A stretch of 64,000 nt of DNA from Dehalococcoidia bacterium (GCA_965208825.1 CBDBPP010000002.1:229854-293853), one strand, 5' to 3'. Counted from the stretch's first letter, positions 9,817 to 20,113 are shown. The notes: generated by a model from the letters alone, not told the origin. Made by a program: numbers and translations.

Positions 9817-10524
9817 ATGACCTCGGCCCAGCAGGCACTGCTACCGGCGCAGGAAAAGGGCCGCCTGAAGCGGGACCTCCGCAAGCACCTGAAGGGCGAC
9901 GTTGTGCTGCGGCTGTACACCCAGCGCCCATCGCCCATCGCCATCCCCGGTCGCGACTGCCGTTACTGTCCCCAGGTGCAACAGTTGCTGGAGGAGTTGG
10001 CCCGGCTTTCGCCCAGGCTCGAAGTGGAGATCTTCGACTTCTACGGCGATAGGAATGCGGCGCGTGAGGAGGGAATAGACCGCATCCCCGCCACCGTCAT
10101 TCAGTCGGGGTCTAACGGACGGGCCCGTTACTTCGGGCTGCCCATGGGATACCAGCTGCCGGTCCTCATTGATACTATCAAGGCGGTCTCACGGGGCGCG
10201 ACCCGTCTGTCGGTGAACAGCCGCAAGCAACTGCGGCGGCTCACAAAGCCGGTGCACCTGCAGATATTCGCCACTCCCGGCAGCGAAACCGCCGCGGGCA
10301 TGGCTTTGCTTGGCCACGCCATGGCGGTTGAGTCTCCGCAGGTCATCACCGACGTGGTTGAAATAGAGGAATTCCCCGAAATGGCCCGCAGATACGGCAT
10401 TCGCCAGGTGCCTGTGGCTGTCATCAATGAAATATCCACCTTTTCGGGAATGGTGGGCGAGTCCGAACTGCTGGAGCGGGTGACCCATGCCGGAACTGAC
10501 GGCTCCTTCGGCTCCGATGGATAG
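9817..10524 (+). CDS. two-domain thioredoxin-fold protein (glutaredoxin/PDO-like)
   Basis: First domain has the CXXC site CRYCP. The second Trx-like half (IFATPGSETAAG...FPEMARRYGIRQVPVAVIN) lacks the cysteines. AGGAG lies 8 nt upstream. Confidence 0.7.
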   Translation: MTSAQQALLPAQEKGRLKRDLRKHLKGDVVLRLYTQRPSPIAIPGRDCRYCPQVQQLLEELARLSPRLEVEIFDFYGDRNAAREEGIDRIPATVIQSGSNGRARYFGLPMGYQLPVLIDTIKAVSRGATRLSVNSRKQLRRLTKPVHLQIFATPGSETAAGMALLGHAMAVESPQVITDVVEIEEFPEMARRYGIRQVPVAVINEISTFSGMVGESELLERVTHAGTDGSFGSDG

Positions 10525-10610
10525 GGGAAAGGCGACCGATTTGACCTGGCTGGTAGCCGAATACACCCCGGCATCATGTGCTGCAATTACAGGATTTAGG
10601 AGAACTGATC

Positions 10611-11084
10611 GTGCCCAACGAGCTTCGAGGCGACATGAACGGGCAGGGACTTCGCGTCGGCATCGTCGTGGCCCGTTTTAACGAGGTGATCACCAAACTA
10701 TTGCTGGACGGCGCCCTGGAAACGCTGACTCGCTGCGGCGTGCGCGATTCGGACGTCACGGTGGCCTGGGTGCCCGGCTCCTTCGAGCTCCCTGTGGCGG
10801 CCAACGCCTTCGCCAAGAGCGGCCGTTGCGACGCCGTCATCTGCCTGGGTGCGGTGATACGCGGCGAGACCACCCACTACGATATGGTGGCCGGCCAGGC
10901 CCAGGGCGGCGCCGGTTCGGTGAGCATGGACACCGGCGTGCCCACCATCTTCGGAGTCCTGACCACTGAAAACCTGGAGCAGGCCCTGAACCGGGCCGGC
11001 GGCAAGTCTGGCAACATGGGCGCCAACGCCGCCCTCGCTGCCATCGAGACCGCCTCTGTGCTGTCCGCCATCAACACCGCATAG
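10611..11084 (+). CDS. ribH: 6,7-dimethyl-8-ribityllumazine synthase
   Basis: Motifs GIVVARFNEVIT, VPGSFELPV and GAVIRGETTHYD. GTG 10611 follows TAGGAG by 8 nt. The track start 10578 has no SD. Confidence 0.9.
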   Translation: MPNELRGDMNGQGLRVGIVVARFNEVITKLLLDGALETLTRCGVRDSDVTVAWVPGSFELPVAANAFAKSGRCDAVICLGAVIRGETTHYDMVAGQAQGGAGSVSMDTGVPTIFGVLTTENLEQALNRAGGKSGNMGANAALAAIETASVLSAINTA

Positions 11085-11177
11085 GAGGACCGGCCTTTTT
11101 GCTGGCTACACCACTCTCCCGGGCCGGGGCGCAGGACTGCTTGTCCGTGGCTCAGGACCATCCTTGACGGGGGGGCA

Positions 11178-12080
11178 ATGACTCAATTTGGCGTAACCAT
11201 TCCCAACAATTGGGGCGTTGAAAATCCCAGGGATGTCCTAGCCCTTGGGCCGGAGGCTGAACTGATGGGCTTTGACTCCATCTGGGTCATGGACCACCTG
11301 TTCAATGCCGGTTACATCCGGGAGCGCCTTGACGACCGGCCCTACTATCACCCCATGGCCATGCTGTCCTACATGTCCTCCACCACCGGCAGGGTGGCTC
11401 TAGGCACATCGGTGCTAGTGCTGCCCTACCACAACCCGGTTGAGCTGGCCAAGTACGCCGCCACCCTCGACCAGATTTCCGGCGGACGCGTTGTTCTCGG
11501 CGTTGGAACCGGCGCCATGGCCGAGGAGTTCGAGGCCCTGGGCATCCCCATGCGTGAGCGCGGCTCGCTGACCAACGAGTCCATCGCCGTCATGCGGGAG
11601 TTATGGACCAGCCATAACCCGGAATACCACAGCCGCCGCTGGAACTTCGCCGACCTGCGATTCTCACCCAAGCCGGTACAGTCGTCTATTCCGCTGTGGG
11701 TGGGTGGTTCATCGCCCGCCGCCCTCCGGCGCACTGCCCGCATGGGCGACGGGTGGCACCCCACCGGACTTTCCCCCGAGGAGTTCGTCATCGGCCGGCG
11801 GGAGATCGCCGAAATGGCCCAGGCCGCAGAGCGAGACCCCTCGGCCATTACCATGTCCGCCCGCGTCGAGGTGGAGGTGCACGGCGGGCCGTCCAGCCAA
11901 CGCGCGGCGACTAGCTCCCGACTGCCGGGGGACGACCCAGGAGCCATGCGGGCCGGCATTGATGCCTACCGGGAGGCGGGCGTCGAACACATCGTACTGG
12001 CGCTGAACTCGGGAGACATCCCGGCCCTTCGGCGCCTCATGTCCATCATAGCCGATCAGGTACTACCGGCCTGCCGATAG
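11178..12080 (+). CDS. LLM-class (luciferase-like) flavin/F420-dependent oxidoreductase
   Basis: MGFDSIWVMDHLF and an overall TIM-barrel LLM pattern (VLGVGTGA...EF). Confidence 0.8.
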   Translation: MTQFGVTIPNNWGVENPRDVLALGPEAELMGFDSIWVMDHLFNAGYIRERLDDRPYYHPMAMLSYMSSTTGRVALGTSVLVLPYHNPVELAKYAATLDQISGGRVVLGVGTGAMAEEFEALGIPMRERGSLTNESIAVMRELWTSHNPEYHSRRWNFADLRFSPKPVQSSIPLWVGGSSPAALRRTARMGDGWHPTGLSPEEFVIGRREIAEMAQAAERDPSAITMSARVEVEVHGGPSSQRAATSSRLPGDDPGAMRAGIDAYREAGVEHIVLALNSGDIPALRRLMSIIADQVLPACR

Positions 12081-12105
12081 CCCTTGGGCGGGTCCGGTCC
12101 CACTC

Positions 12106-13416
12106 TTAGTGCCCCTGCGGGTTATCCTTCAGAAACTGCTCCAGTTCCCGGCGGTCGGCTTCCAGCCGCTCCATTTGCTCCCGCTCCGCCGGAACTGCGC
12201 CATAGTGGAACGACTGAAACTCGTCAACCGTGCGGGCCACCGGGTCTGCCGGGAGCATCCCGGCGAGGTCCCGCTGGTGCTCTCTGGGAGTTTCCGATTC
12301 GTGCTTCGGGCGTCCCGCTTCCTCCGCGTTGTCCAGCAGGGCGTGATAGTAGTCCCGGGGCGTCCTGAAAGTACGGGACGGCCGCCGCCTGCCGGCGAAC
12401 ATCCCGCCGAACAAGCCGGTAAAGGCCTCTTCGATGTCTTCTCCCGCGTGCTTGAGGCTGAACAGCGACTCGCGACTCTCGGCGACCTCGGAGATGCTGC
12501 CACCCCGCCTCCTAGCCCGAAACAGCCGGTAGACCACGAAGGAGGCCAGGGCTGCGCCGATCACTGCGGCAATCCATTGCAGCACGATAAACAGGGTATT
12601 ACCCCGCGGGTCCGCCTCCGCATCCCTGAGACTCTCGTGGAACTCATTGATGCGCCGCTGTGCGTCCAGCAGTCCCTGCAGGTCGCCTCCTCCCATGATC
12701 TCGGAAAACCAGTTCCCCACGCTCACCAGCGCACTCGCCAGGAGTCCGATGAGCATGATTATTGGCTCCAGTATCCGGAGGCCGACGGCACCGACTGCAT
12801 CCAGAATGACTCGCGTCACATCATCGAGACCGCCGAGACCCAGCCCGCTGACCATGAGCCCCAGCAGCAGAACCGCGCCCACACTGCCGATAATCGGCCA
12901 GATCCATTGCTGCGGCAGCGACCGGTCCTCTCCGCTCTCGGCAGAGAATCGGGCCAGTGCCATCGCCGAAAGGCCCACGGAAAAATAGCCCAGCACCAGA
13001 AATCCGCTCACTATCTGTGCTTCCAGCACCGCGTTGATGAGCGCCGCCGACAGCAGCACCACCATGCCAATCTGGAAGGTGGAACGCACCGCGTCCAGTG
13101 TCACCTCCTCCCGCCTCAACTCCACACCCCGCCACCAAATAAGCAGCAGTAACATCACCGTACCAACGAAGGTTCCTATGCCGCTGGCTGTTCCCGAAGT
13201 CAGCAATCCTGCGGGCGAGAACAGCTCGCCCGCGTTCCAAGCGGTCAGAAGCAGAAGGGATGGGATCCCCAACGCGATTCCCGTCAGGCCCCTCAAAGCG
13301 GGAGTCAGGCTCAGGCTCATGATCCAGGAGGACAGCAAGTAGGCCCAGGCCAGGGCCACCAGTACCAGCCAGAAGGACATGTGAAGTCCCTCTACCCGGA
13401 CCAGTCCGGCGACCAC
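12106..13416 (-). CDS. polytopic membrane protein with a DUF4129-like C-terminal domain
   Basis: Multiple TM helices are followed by a soluble tail (PRDYYHALLDNAEEAGRPKHESETPREH). It is third in a MoxR-DUF58 operon. The start is uncertain (GTG 13416 or ATG 13380), and the track start 13575 would overlap DUF58 by 100 nt. Confidence 0.6.
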   Translation of the reverse strand: MVAGLVRVEGLHMSFWLVLVALAWAYLLSSWIMSLSLTPALRGLTGIALGIPSLLLLTAWNAGELFSPAGLLTSGTASGIGTFVGTVMLLLLIWWRGVELRREEVTLDAVRSTFQIGMVVLLSAALINAVLEAQIVSGFLVLGYFSVGLSAMALARFSAESGEDRSLPQQWIWPIIGSVGAVLLLGLMVSGLGLGGLDDVTRVILDAVGAVGLRILEPIIMLIGLLASALVSVGNWFSEIMGGGDLQGLLDAQRRINEFHESLRDAEADPRGNTLFIVLQWIAAVIGAALASFVVYRLFRARRRGGSISEVAESRESLFSLKHAGEDIEEAFTGLFGGMFAGRRRPSRTFRTPRDYYHALLDNAEEAGRPKHESETPREHQRDLAGMLPADPVARTVDEFQSFHYGAVPAEREQMERLEADRRELEQFLKDNPQGH

Positions 13417-13474
13417 GCCAACGAGGACGTATAGCGCGCACCCCTCTAGGAATAGCGCCGCCGACGTAATTGCC

Positions 13475-14746
13475 CTAGCTCTCCAGGCCGGAAGCAATGG
13501 CCACCTCCAGCACTGTCTCGGACTCTTTCTCCCAGTCGATGGCATCCTCCGGCAGGGCATCCAGCAGATGCCCAACTCCCGTAACGGGCACGCCGGCCAG
13601 GGATTCCGGGGGGTTCCCGTCTCCTGCGTAGATCACGGAAATTTGAAATCCCCTTTCCGCTATTTCCCGGATCTGCGTCGGCATGGAATCGGTGATCGCC
13701 CCGGTAACCAGGAGTACTGTCGCGCCGGGTCGAAGGGTGTCTCTCTCCGCAAGAACCACCTCCGGGAGCATGGCAACCACGTATGGGGATGCCATGGCGA
13801 GGGCCTCCAGCACGTGGGGCAACTGGTACGAGGATGCTCCCACCGGAACGGTCAGCCACTTGCCCGAGTAGGAAGCGACCGCGTTGGAGAGCAGTCCGTA
13901 GCTGTATCCCCGCCTGTCGGCCAGGGCCGCTGCCGAGGCCGCCGTAGTCACCGCCCGTTCGAACAGCCGCCGGTTCGTACCCTGCCAGACAAAGTCGCTG
14001 GTTGAGCCATTGAGAGCGATGACCAGATTCATCGACACTGACGGCTCGAATATCCTGCTCTGCAACTGGCGTGAACGGGCTGTGGCCTTCCAGTCGATAT
14101 GCTTTTGCGGATCGTCGGGCCTGTAGTCGCGAATCCCCCTGACCCTGTTGGTGTCATGGTACAGGGGTGTCCGGCCCCTGGTGAGACCAAACGGATGCTG
14201 CGGGGGAGTTACCAGCTCCTCCAGCTCAATGACCCGGGGATAGACGAGAATGTCGCTTACTCCCGCCAGCCGGGCCTCGGTGGACGTGAATCCGAATAGG
14301 TCACTGCTGCGCAGGCGTACGGGGCCGATCCTGTGATAGCCCCGCCTCAGGCAGCGCATACTGAAGGTCCATTTGGCCCGTTGGTATGGAAGAAGCGAAG
14401 TGGTGATGCTGTGGTGCCGGTTGGCCTCGATGGTCGCCCCGCGCACCACCGCGTTTGAAAGGTCCAGCCCCTCGGGAAACTGGTCCTGGGCTTCCACCCA
14501 GATCAGCGGCAGCGGTTTGTCATTGCTAAGCGAGACCGAATACTCGATGCTGTCGCCGATAAAGGCCCGGCGCCTCCCCACTTCCCGATCGAAAGCGACC
14601 CTTCGAAAGCAGTATTTCTCCCATACCCGCGCCGCCGCCCAGACAACGAAGACCAACGAGCCGACAACCAGGAGCAGGCCGTTGCTGGCCAGAAGCCCTA
14701 CGAACACTAGGAGCCCACTGGATAACGGCCAGAGCTCGTGTCGCAT
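13475..14746 (-). CDS. DUF58 (vWA-like) protein
   Basis: Two N-terminal TM helices and the motif YRPDDPQKHIDWKATARS. Immediately downstream of the MoxR ATPase. Confidence 0.8.
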   Translation of the reverse strand: MRHELWPLSSGLLVFVGLLASNGLLLVVGSLVFVVWAAARVWEKYCFRRVAFDREVGRRRAFIGDSIEYSVSLSNDKPLPLIWVEAQDQFPEGLDLSNAVVRGATIEANRHHSITTSLLPYQRAKWTFSMRCLRRGYHRIGPVRLRSSDLFGFTSTEARLAGVSDILVYPRVIELEELVTPPQHPFGLTRGRTPLYHDTNRVRGIRDYRPDDPQKHIDWKATARSRQLQSRIFEPSVSMNLVIALNGSTSDFVWQGTNRRLFERAVTTAASAAALADRRGYSYGLLSNAVASYSGKWLTVPVGASSYQLPHVLEALAMASPYVVAMLPEVVLAERDTLRPGATVLLVTGAITDSMPTQIREIAERGFQISVIYAGDGNPPESLAGVPVTGVGHLLDALPEDAIDWEKESETVLEVAIASGLES

Positions 14747-14761
14747 GGCGTAGGCCCAGGA

Positions 14762-15763
14762 CTAGACCGGGACCTCAACCGCAGACAGTACGCTCTGGAC
14801 CACGTCCTCCGAAGTGCGGCCTCGCAGCCTGGCCTGGGAGGAAACGATGGTGCGATGGGCCAGCGCGTAGGGCGCGATCACCTTCACGTCGTCGGGCGTA
14901 ACATACTGCCGGCCGAGTATGGCCGCGAATGCCTGGGAACACCGGTACAGCCCCAGGGTGGCCCTCGGGCTGGCGCCCAGTTCAACGTCCTCATGGCAGC
15001 GAGTGGCCTGGGTCAGGCGGACTACGTAGTTGGCCAGCACGGGATCGACGTAGACTTCCTTGACCGACTCCTGCATTGCGACGATATCCCCGGCCTCCGC
15101 GACCGGCCGCAGGCTTTCGATCGGATTGGCCGTGCTGAACCTGGCCAGCATCTGCTCCTCCTCCGCCTCATCTGGGTAACCCAATCTCAAGCGCAGAAGG
15201 AACCTGTCCAGCTGCGCCTCGGGCAACGGAAAAGTCCCCTCCAGCTCGATGGGGTTCTGGGTCGCGATCAGCAGGAAGGGTACCGGCAGAGGAATGGTAC
15301 GGTCATCTACGGTTAGCTGCCTTTCGGCCATTGCCTCCAGTAGGGCCGATTGAGTGCGGGGAGTGGCGCGATTGATCTCGTCAGCCAGTACCACCTGGGC
15401 CAGGATCGGTCCGGGGCGAAACTCGAACTCACCCAGTTTCTGATTGTAAAAGTGAATGCCCGTAATGTCGGACGGCATCAGATCGGGGGTGCACTGGATC
15501 CGCCGGAAACTGCAATTGAGAGACTCGGCCAGGCTGCGGGCCAGGGTGGTTTTGCCGATACCAGGCACATCCTCCACCAGGACGTGTCCCCCGCTCAGCA
15601 CCGCGGCCAGCACCAGGTCTATGACCTGCCCCTTGCCCACCAGCACCTGTTCCATGCTGTCCTTGACCCTCGAGACAGCGGCCTGAAGTTCCAAACCGGC
15701 GGGACCGGAGTCTGTAACGGGGCTGCCTGTCAACGGGTCTGCCGGCTTGCTCTGCACCATCAC
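14762..15763 (-). CDS. MoxR-family AAA+ ATPase
   Basis: Walker A VPGIGKTTLA, LADEINRATPRTQSALLEAMAE and the Q-C-T-P-D-L-M-P-S-D-I-T-G motif. Confidence 0.9.
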   Translation of the reverse strand: MMVQSKPADPLTGSPVTDSGPAGLELQAAVSRVKDSMEQVLVGKGQVIDLVLAAVLSGGHVLVEDVPGIGKTTLARSLAESLNCSFRRIQCTPDLMPSDITGIHFYNQKLGEFEFRPGPILAQVVLADEINRATPRTQSALLEAMAERQLTVDDRTIPLPVPFLLIATQNPIELEGTFPLPEAQLDRFLLRLRLGYPDEAEEEQMLARFSTANPIESLRPVAEAGDIVAMQESVKEVYVDPVLANYVVRLTQATRCHEDVELGASPRATLGLYRCSQAFAAILGRQYVTPDDVKVIAPYALAHRTIVSSQARLRGRTSEDVVQSVLSAVEVPV

Positions 15764-15814
15764 CAGCGCACCGTGGGGGAGGCTATGGGCATCACCGTGG
15801 CCATCCCCGCCCGC

Positions 15815-16564
15815 TCATTCAGCCTCGGGACTCAGGGGAACTCCGTCGGCCCCCGCTGACTCACCTTTCCCGTTGAGGAAGTCGTCGGCCTCCCGGAGGT
15901 CCTTGAAGGAGTCAATGCTGGTCCAGAAAGATCGGGTTCGGAAGGCGGCGATGCGTCCGGACTCAGCCAGGGCCGGAAAGGTCTCGACTTCGTGGTCGCC
16001 GAGGTCCGGGAACTCCTGAAACACCTCGCGGTCGATCACATAAACACCGCCGTTTATCCAGTGCGGCAACTCCACTTTCTCACGGAATCCCACCACACTT
16101 CCGGCGTCGTCCATGTCCACCAAGCCGTATGGGCTGACCATCGGCACAGCCATCAGAGTCACCGCAGGTCCGTTTTTCCTGGCCGGGGAGCGCTGGTGGA
16201 ACTCGATGATCTCCCGCAGGGGCTGTCTCGTAATGATGTCGCCGTTGGTGACCACCACGGGCCCTTCATCATCCGAGGCCAGCGGAAAGCCCTGTTTGAT
16301 TGCCCCGCCGCGTCCCAGGGGGCTGCTCTCCACGCTGTACGCCACCCTGACCCCCTGGCGGGAACCGTCCCCGAAGTGAGAACGAATGGCCTCCCACCGG
16401 TACCCGGCCAGGAAAACAACCCTATCCACCCCGCCGGCACTCAGCCATTCAACCTGATGTTCGAGAATCGGCTTTCCGCCGACCGGCGCCATGGGCTTGG
16501 GCAGGGTGTCCGTGAGCGGTCGCAGCCGTTCGCCTTTTCCCCCTGCGAGAATCAAGGCGTACAT
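15815..16564 (-). CDS. sugar-phosphate nucleotidyltransferase
   Basis: N-terminal ILAGGKGERLRPLTDTLPKPM signature of NTP-transferase enzymes. Confidence 0.85.
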   Translation of the reverse strand: MYALILAGGKGERLRPLTDTLPKPMAPVGGKPILEHQVEWLSAGGVDRVVFLAGYRWEAIRSHFGDGSRQGVRVAYSVESSPLGRGGAIKQGFPLASDDEGPVVVTNGDIITRQPLREIIEFHQRSPARKNGPAVTLMAVPMVSPYGLVDMDDAGSVVGFREKVELPHWINGGVYVIDREVFQEFPDLGDHEVETFPALAESGRIAAFRTRSFWTSIDSFKDLREADDFLNGKGESAGADGVPLSPEAE

Positions 16565-16660
16565 CCGATTCCATCTCCTTCCTGATGAAGGATGATATCG
16601 ACGTGGCGCCTAATATACTCGCGCCGAACAGGTGGGTCAAACGGGTACGCAACGAACGGG

Positions 16661-16688
16661 TTACCCGGAGGGGGAGGTTAGGTATAAT
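16661..16688 (+). promoter_or_regulatory. candidate sigma70-type promoter
   Basis: TTACCC-N16-TATAAT lies 90 nt upstream of the 16779 ATG. Confidence 0.3.
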
Positions 16689-16778
16689 CAGTTTATGTTC
16701 AGTGGCGAGATGGCCTCCGCTGGAAAACGGAGCTCTCCGCGTCACGAATATGGTTTGAATTCAAAGAGGGGATAAGCA

Positions 16779-17450
16779 ATGGATTACGAAATAGTTCACA
16801 AGCCTTCCTATGCGCTCGGGATTGTCAGGCTGAACCCGGGAGAGCAATTGCAGGCCGAGACCGGGGCCATGGTAAGCATGTCGGATACCATCAACATCGA
16901 GACCAGCGCCAGGGGAGGCCTGTTCGGTGGCCTGCGCAGGTCGGTTCTCGGTGGTGAGAGCTTCTTCGTCAACACTTTTACTGCCCAGGACTCGGGCGAG
17001 GTCACCATCGCTCCCTCGCTGCCGGGAGACATCGAAGCGCTCGAACTGCAACACGAGACCGTCCTGGTTCAGTCCGGCTCGTTTCTCGCGGCCACGATGA
17101 ATATCGAGGTGGATTCCCAGTGGGGAGGCGCCCGTTCCTTCTTCTCTCGCGAGGGCCTGTTCCTGCTCCGGTGCTCCGGCAGGGGACTGCTTTTCATATC
17201 ATCCTACGGCGCCATCCACCGGATAGACCTTGGCCACGGTGAGCGCTACACGGTGGACACCGGTCACATGGTGGCCTTTGACGAGTCGATTCGCTACGAC
17301 GTCGGGCGTTCCGGAGGGTGGAAGACGACCCTCCTGGGCGGAGAGGGGCTGGTGTGCAAGCTGGAAGGCCCCGGACGATTCTTCATGCAGACCCGCAGCG
17401 AAGACGCCTTCTTGAGTTGGCTGGCACCCAAGCTCCCCAACCGTCAGTAG
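16779..17450 (+). CDS. AIM24/TIGR00266-family protein
   Basis: Full-length resemblance to the family, including YEIVHKPSYALGIVRLNPGEQLQAETGAMVSM and FFMQTRS near the C-terminus. Confidence 0.75.
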   Translation: MDYEIVHKPSYALGIVRLNPGEQLQAETGAMVSMSDTINIETSARGGLFGGLRRSVLGGESFFVNTFTAQDSGEVTIAPSLPGDIEALELQHETVLVQSGSFLAATMNIEVDSQWGGARSFFSREGLFLLRCSGRGLLFISSYGAIHRIDLGHGERYTVDTGHMVAFDESIRYDVGRSGGWKTTLLGGEGLVCKLEGPGRFFMQTRSEDAFLSWLAPKLPNRQ

Positions 17451-17539
17451 CCCGCCACGGGCGTTCGCTAACTACGCCGCTATAGCGGTCTGGCAGCAGG
17501 TAGCCGCACAGGGGTGCCGCTCCGTGCTCGGGGGCGACC

Positions 17540-18430
17540 TCAGCCGGGCAGCACTCCGCCTCCGGCCAACCGGTGGGACGCCGCCGCCACCAGGCAAGGC
17601 AGGCGTTCCATCGCCAGTGCCGCAGCGCTCTCCGCGAGCTCGCGTTCGTCGTGAAACAGCATTCCGATCACCGTGCCGCTGTGGGCCACGTTGACCCCCA
17701 CCGCCCCAACCTCGCGGTGAATCTCCAGCACCGCATCCAGGTGTGGATTGAGGCTGACCTCCTGGTTCGCCACCGCGCTGATTGTGGCGCCCTTCCCTAT
17801 GAGCGCCGGGTCGCCCGAACTTATCCCCCGCGAGATCAGCCCGACGGCCTCTGACATCCTGGGTGCCTGTTCCCGCAGCGCCTCATTCCGGTCGGCGCTG
17901 TTGTGCGAAACCGTGTCCACGACTCCCCCGAAGTCCAGGACCACGACACGCATCGGGGGCGGCTGGCCCAGGGGTCGGGCCACGGACCCTCGGATGTGAT
18001 CGAAGATGACCACCTCAGGAAACATGACACCGTCACTGGGCTCCACCTTCAGGGCGATGTCAGCTATCTGCTTTGGGGATAGCTCCCTGCCGGAGGCAGC
18101 TGCCGTGGCGGCTATGGCCGCTGCCACGTCTGCCGTGCTGCTTGCCATTCCCTTGCCCCGGGGAAGGCTGGAACTCAGCCCCAGTCTTGCGTTCACCCTC
18201 CGCTCGCCCAGGAACTCCAGCGACGCCTGCACTGCCTGTCGCGCCTTGGGAGAGTCCTCCGGCGCCGTGACCTGCCCTTCGCCCGGCGTCAGTTCCACCG
18301 TAGCCCGGCTTCGCATGTCGATTGGACAGGTCACCATGCACAGGACCGCGTCCAGCATCCCTTGCGCCAGTTCCCCGCACGTTCCGGGGGCGGACGCTGA
18401 GCCCCTGCGGGACCTCCCCTCCTGCGGCAT
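17540..18430 (-). CDS. pduX: GHMP-family kinase, L-threonine kinase (PduX)-like
   Basis: GTCGELAQG N-terminus and GHMP motif LPRGKGMASSTADVAAAI. It is the last gene of the cobalamin nucleotide-loop operon, overlapping the cobU stop. Confidence 0.65.
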   Translation of the reverse strand: MPQEGRSRRGSASAPGTCGELAQGMLDAVLCMVTCPIDMRSRATVELTPGEGQVTAPEDSPKARQAVQASLEFLGERRVNARLGLSSSLPRGKGMASSTADVAAAIAATAAASGRELSPKQIADIALKVEPSDGVMFPEVVIFDHIRGSVARPLGQPPPMRVVVLDFGGVVDTVSHNSADRNEALREQAPRMSEAVGLISRGISSGDPALIGKGATISAVANQEVSLNPHLDAVLEIHREVGAVGVNVAHSGTVIGMLFHDERELAESAAALAMERLPCLVAAASHRLAGGGVLPG

Positions 18431-19005
18431 CAGTCCAAGGCCGGGTCGATGCTGTCGAGTGGCAGAGCGCCCAATTCCTTCAACTCCAGCGCCAGACCGG
18501 CAACCATGAGGTAGACCCTGTCGGCGCGACCTGCAAAGAGTTGGTTCACTCTCCCCATGACATCCCTGTAGCTGGCCCCCAGGGCGGTCGGTGGCACCAC
18601 CCCCAGTCCCACCTCGTTGCTCACCACTACCCAGGTGGCCTGTGACCGGTCGTATACCTCGAGTACCGTTCGCGCGGCATCGAGAATTTCCTCATGCGCC
18701 CGTGGATCGCCCTCCTTGCTCAGGAGCAAATTGGAGACCCACAGGGTCAGGCAGTCCACCAGGCATACCTCATGGCCGCTCATGGCGGCGGGGAGCACCG
18801 ATGCCAGTTCCCTTGGCTCCTCCAGTGTGTCCCAGCTCGCCGGACGCTGCTGGCGATGGATGGCAATGCGCCGTTCCATGTCCTCGTCCAGGGCCTCCGC
18901 CGTAGCCACATACAGCACCCTGTGCCGCTGCCGGGCCAGTCTCTCCGCAAAGGAACTCTTCCCGGACCGGGCGCCGCCGAGTATCAGGACCAGCTGCTTA
19001 GGCAA
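18430..19005 (-). CDS. cobU: adenosylcobinamide kinase / adenosylcobinamide-phosphate guanylyltransferase
   Basis: P-loop LVLILGGARSGKSSFAE. Size and context also fit. Confidence 0.9.
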   Translation of the reverse strand: MPKQLVLILGGARSGKSSFAERLARQRHRVLYVATAEALDEDMERRIAIHRQQRPASWDTLEEPRELASVLPAAMSGHEVCLVDCLTLWVSNLLLSKEGDPRAHEEILDAARTVLEVYDRSQATWVVVSNEVGLGVVPPTALGASYRDVMGRVNQLFAGRADRVYLMVAGLALELKELGALPLDSIDPALD

Positions 19006-20113
19006 TGGAAGGCCTCCGGGACAGTACCTGGCGCAGCCCCTCGATCAACCTGCGGTTGTCCTCCATCGTCCTTACCCCGACCCTGATGTACTCGGGCAGG
19101 CCGAAAGAAGCGCAGTCCCTCACGCAGATGCGATGCTCCCTGAGTAGCGCCGTCCGCACCTCCTGCCCCCGGCCGACTTTCAGCAGCAGAAAGTTTGCCG
19201 ACGCTGGTGGGCATTCGATGCCCAGGCCATTTGCCATCCCTCTTACGTATTCCCTTCCCTGTCTGATCACCTCCCGGCCCCTGCTCACATGCTGGTGGTC
19301 CGACAGTGCGGCGATCCCGGCAGCCTGGGCCGCAGCGTTTACGCTCCAGCTGTACTGAAATCGGCGGACCCGGCCCACTGTCTTTTCGGGTGCCAGCAGG
19401 TAGCCCAGCCTCAACCCAGTCAGGGCATAGTCCTTGGTCATTGACCTCAGCAACACGACGTTGCCCATCGACAGGAGAGGAATCGAATTCCAGGCCTCCT
19501 CGACAAAGGGGACATAGGCCTCGTCCAGCACCAGCACGCCCCCTCCCCGCAGGGACTCAGCCACGCTCCTCACGGCCGTTTCCGCCAGGTATACCCCCGT
19601 GGGGTTATTGGGGTTGCACAGAAAAACCAACGCTGGAGACAATTCTGCGATTCGGTCGAGGGCGAGGGGAATATCCCACTCAAACAAGCCCCCGCCTTTT
19701 GCTGCGTCCGGGGGGACAATCTCAGTCGGTTCCACTCCCTCCACTCGGCAGGCTGCGGCGTACTCCCCGAAGGTGGGCGCAAATATTATCGCCGAGTCCT
19801 CGGGACCGAGAAACGCCTTGGCGAGCAGGTGAATCAGTTCGGTCGACCCGTTTCCCGGCAGGACGTTCGCCGGATCGACTCCCACCGCGTCAGCAATCGC
19901 CTGCCTCAGCCGGCGGCACTCAGGGTCTGGATACGCGGTCAATTGGGCCTTCTGCGTCGCCAGTAGCGCAGCTTCGGGCAGGCCCAGCGGATTGATGCTG
20001 GCGCTGAAATCCGTGACGTCATCCGCACTGAGGCCCAGGGCCTCCAGCTCGGCGAAGTTCAGGCCTCCATGTACCGGCCTTTCATCTTTCCTGTCCGGCA
20101 ACACTCTGGTCAA
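18998..20113 (-). CDS. cobD: threonine-phosphate decarboxylase (class I/II aminotransferase fold)
   Basis: PLP-lysine motif LRSMTKDYALTGLRLGY. Located between cbiB and cobU. Confidence 0.8.
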   Translation of the reverse strand: MTRVLPDRKDERPVHGGLNFAELEALGLSADDVTDFSASINPLGLPEAALLATQKAQLTAYPDPECRRLRQAIADAVGVDPANVLPGNGSTELIHLLAKAFLGPEDSAIIFAPTFGEYAAACRVEGVEPTEIVPPDAAKGGGLFEWDIPLALDRIAELSPALVFLCNPNNPTGVYLAETAVRSVAESLRGGGVLVLDEAYVPFVEEAWNSIPLLSMGNVVLLRSMTKDYALTGLRLGYLLAPEKTVGRVRRFQYSWSVNAAAQAAGIAALSDHQHVSRGREVIRQGREYVRGMANGLGIECPPASANFLLLKVGRGQEVRTALLREHRICVRDCASFGLPEYIRVGVRTMEDNRRLIEGLRQVLSRRPSIA

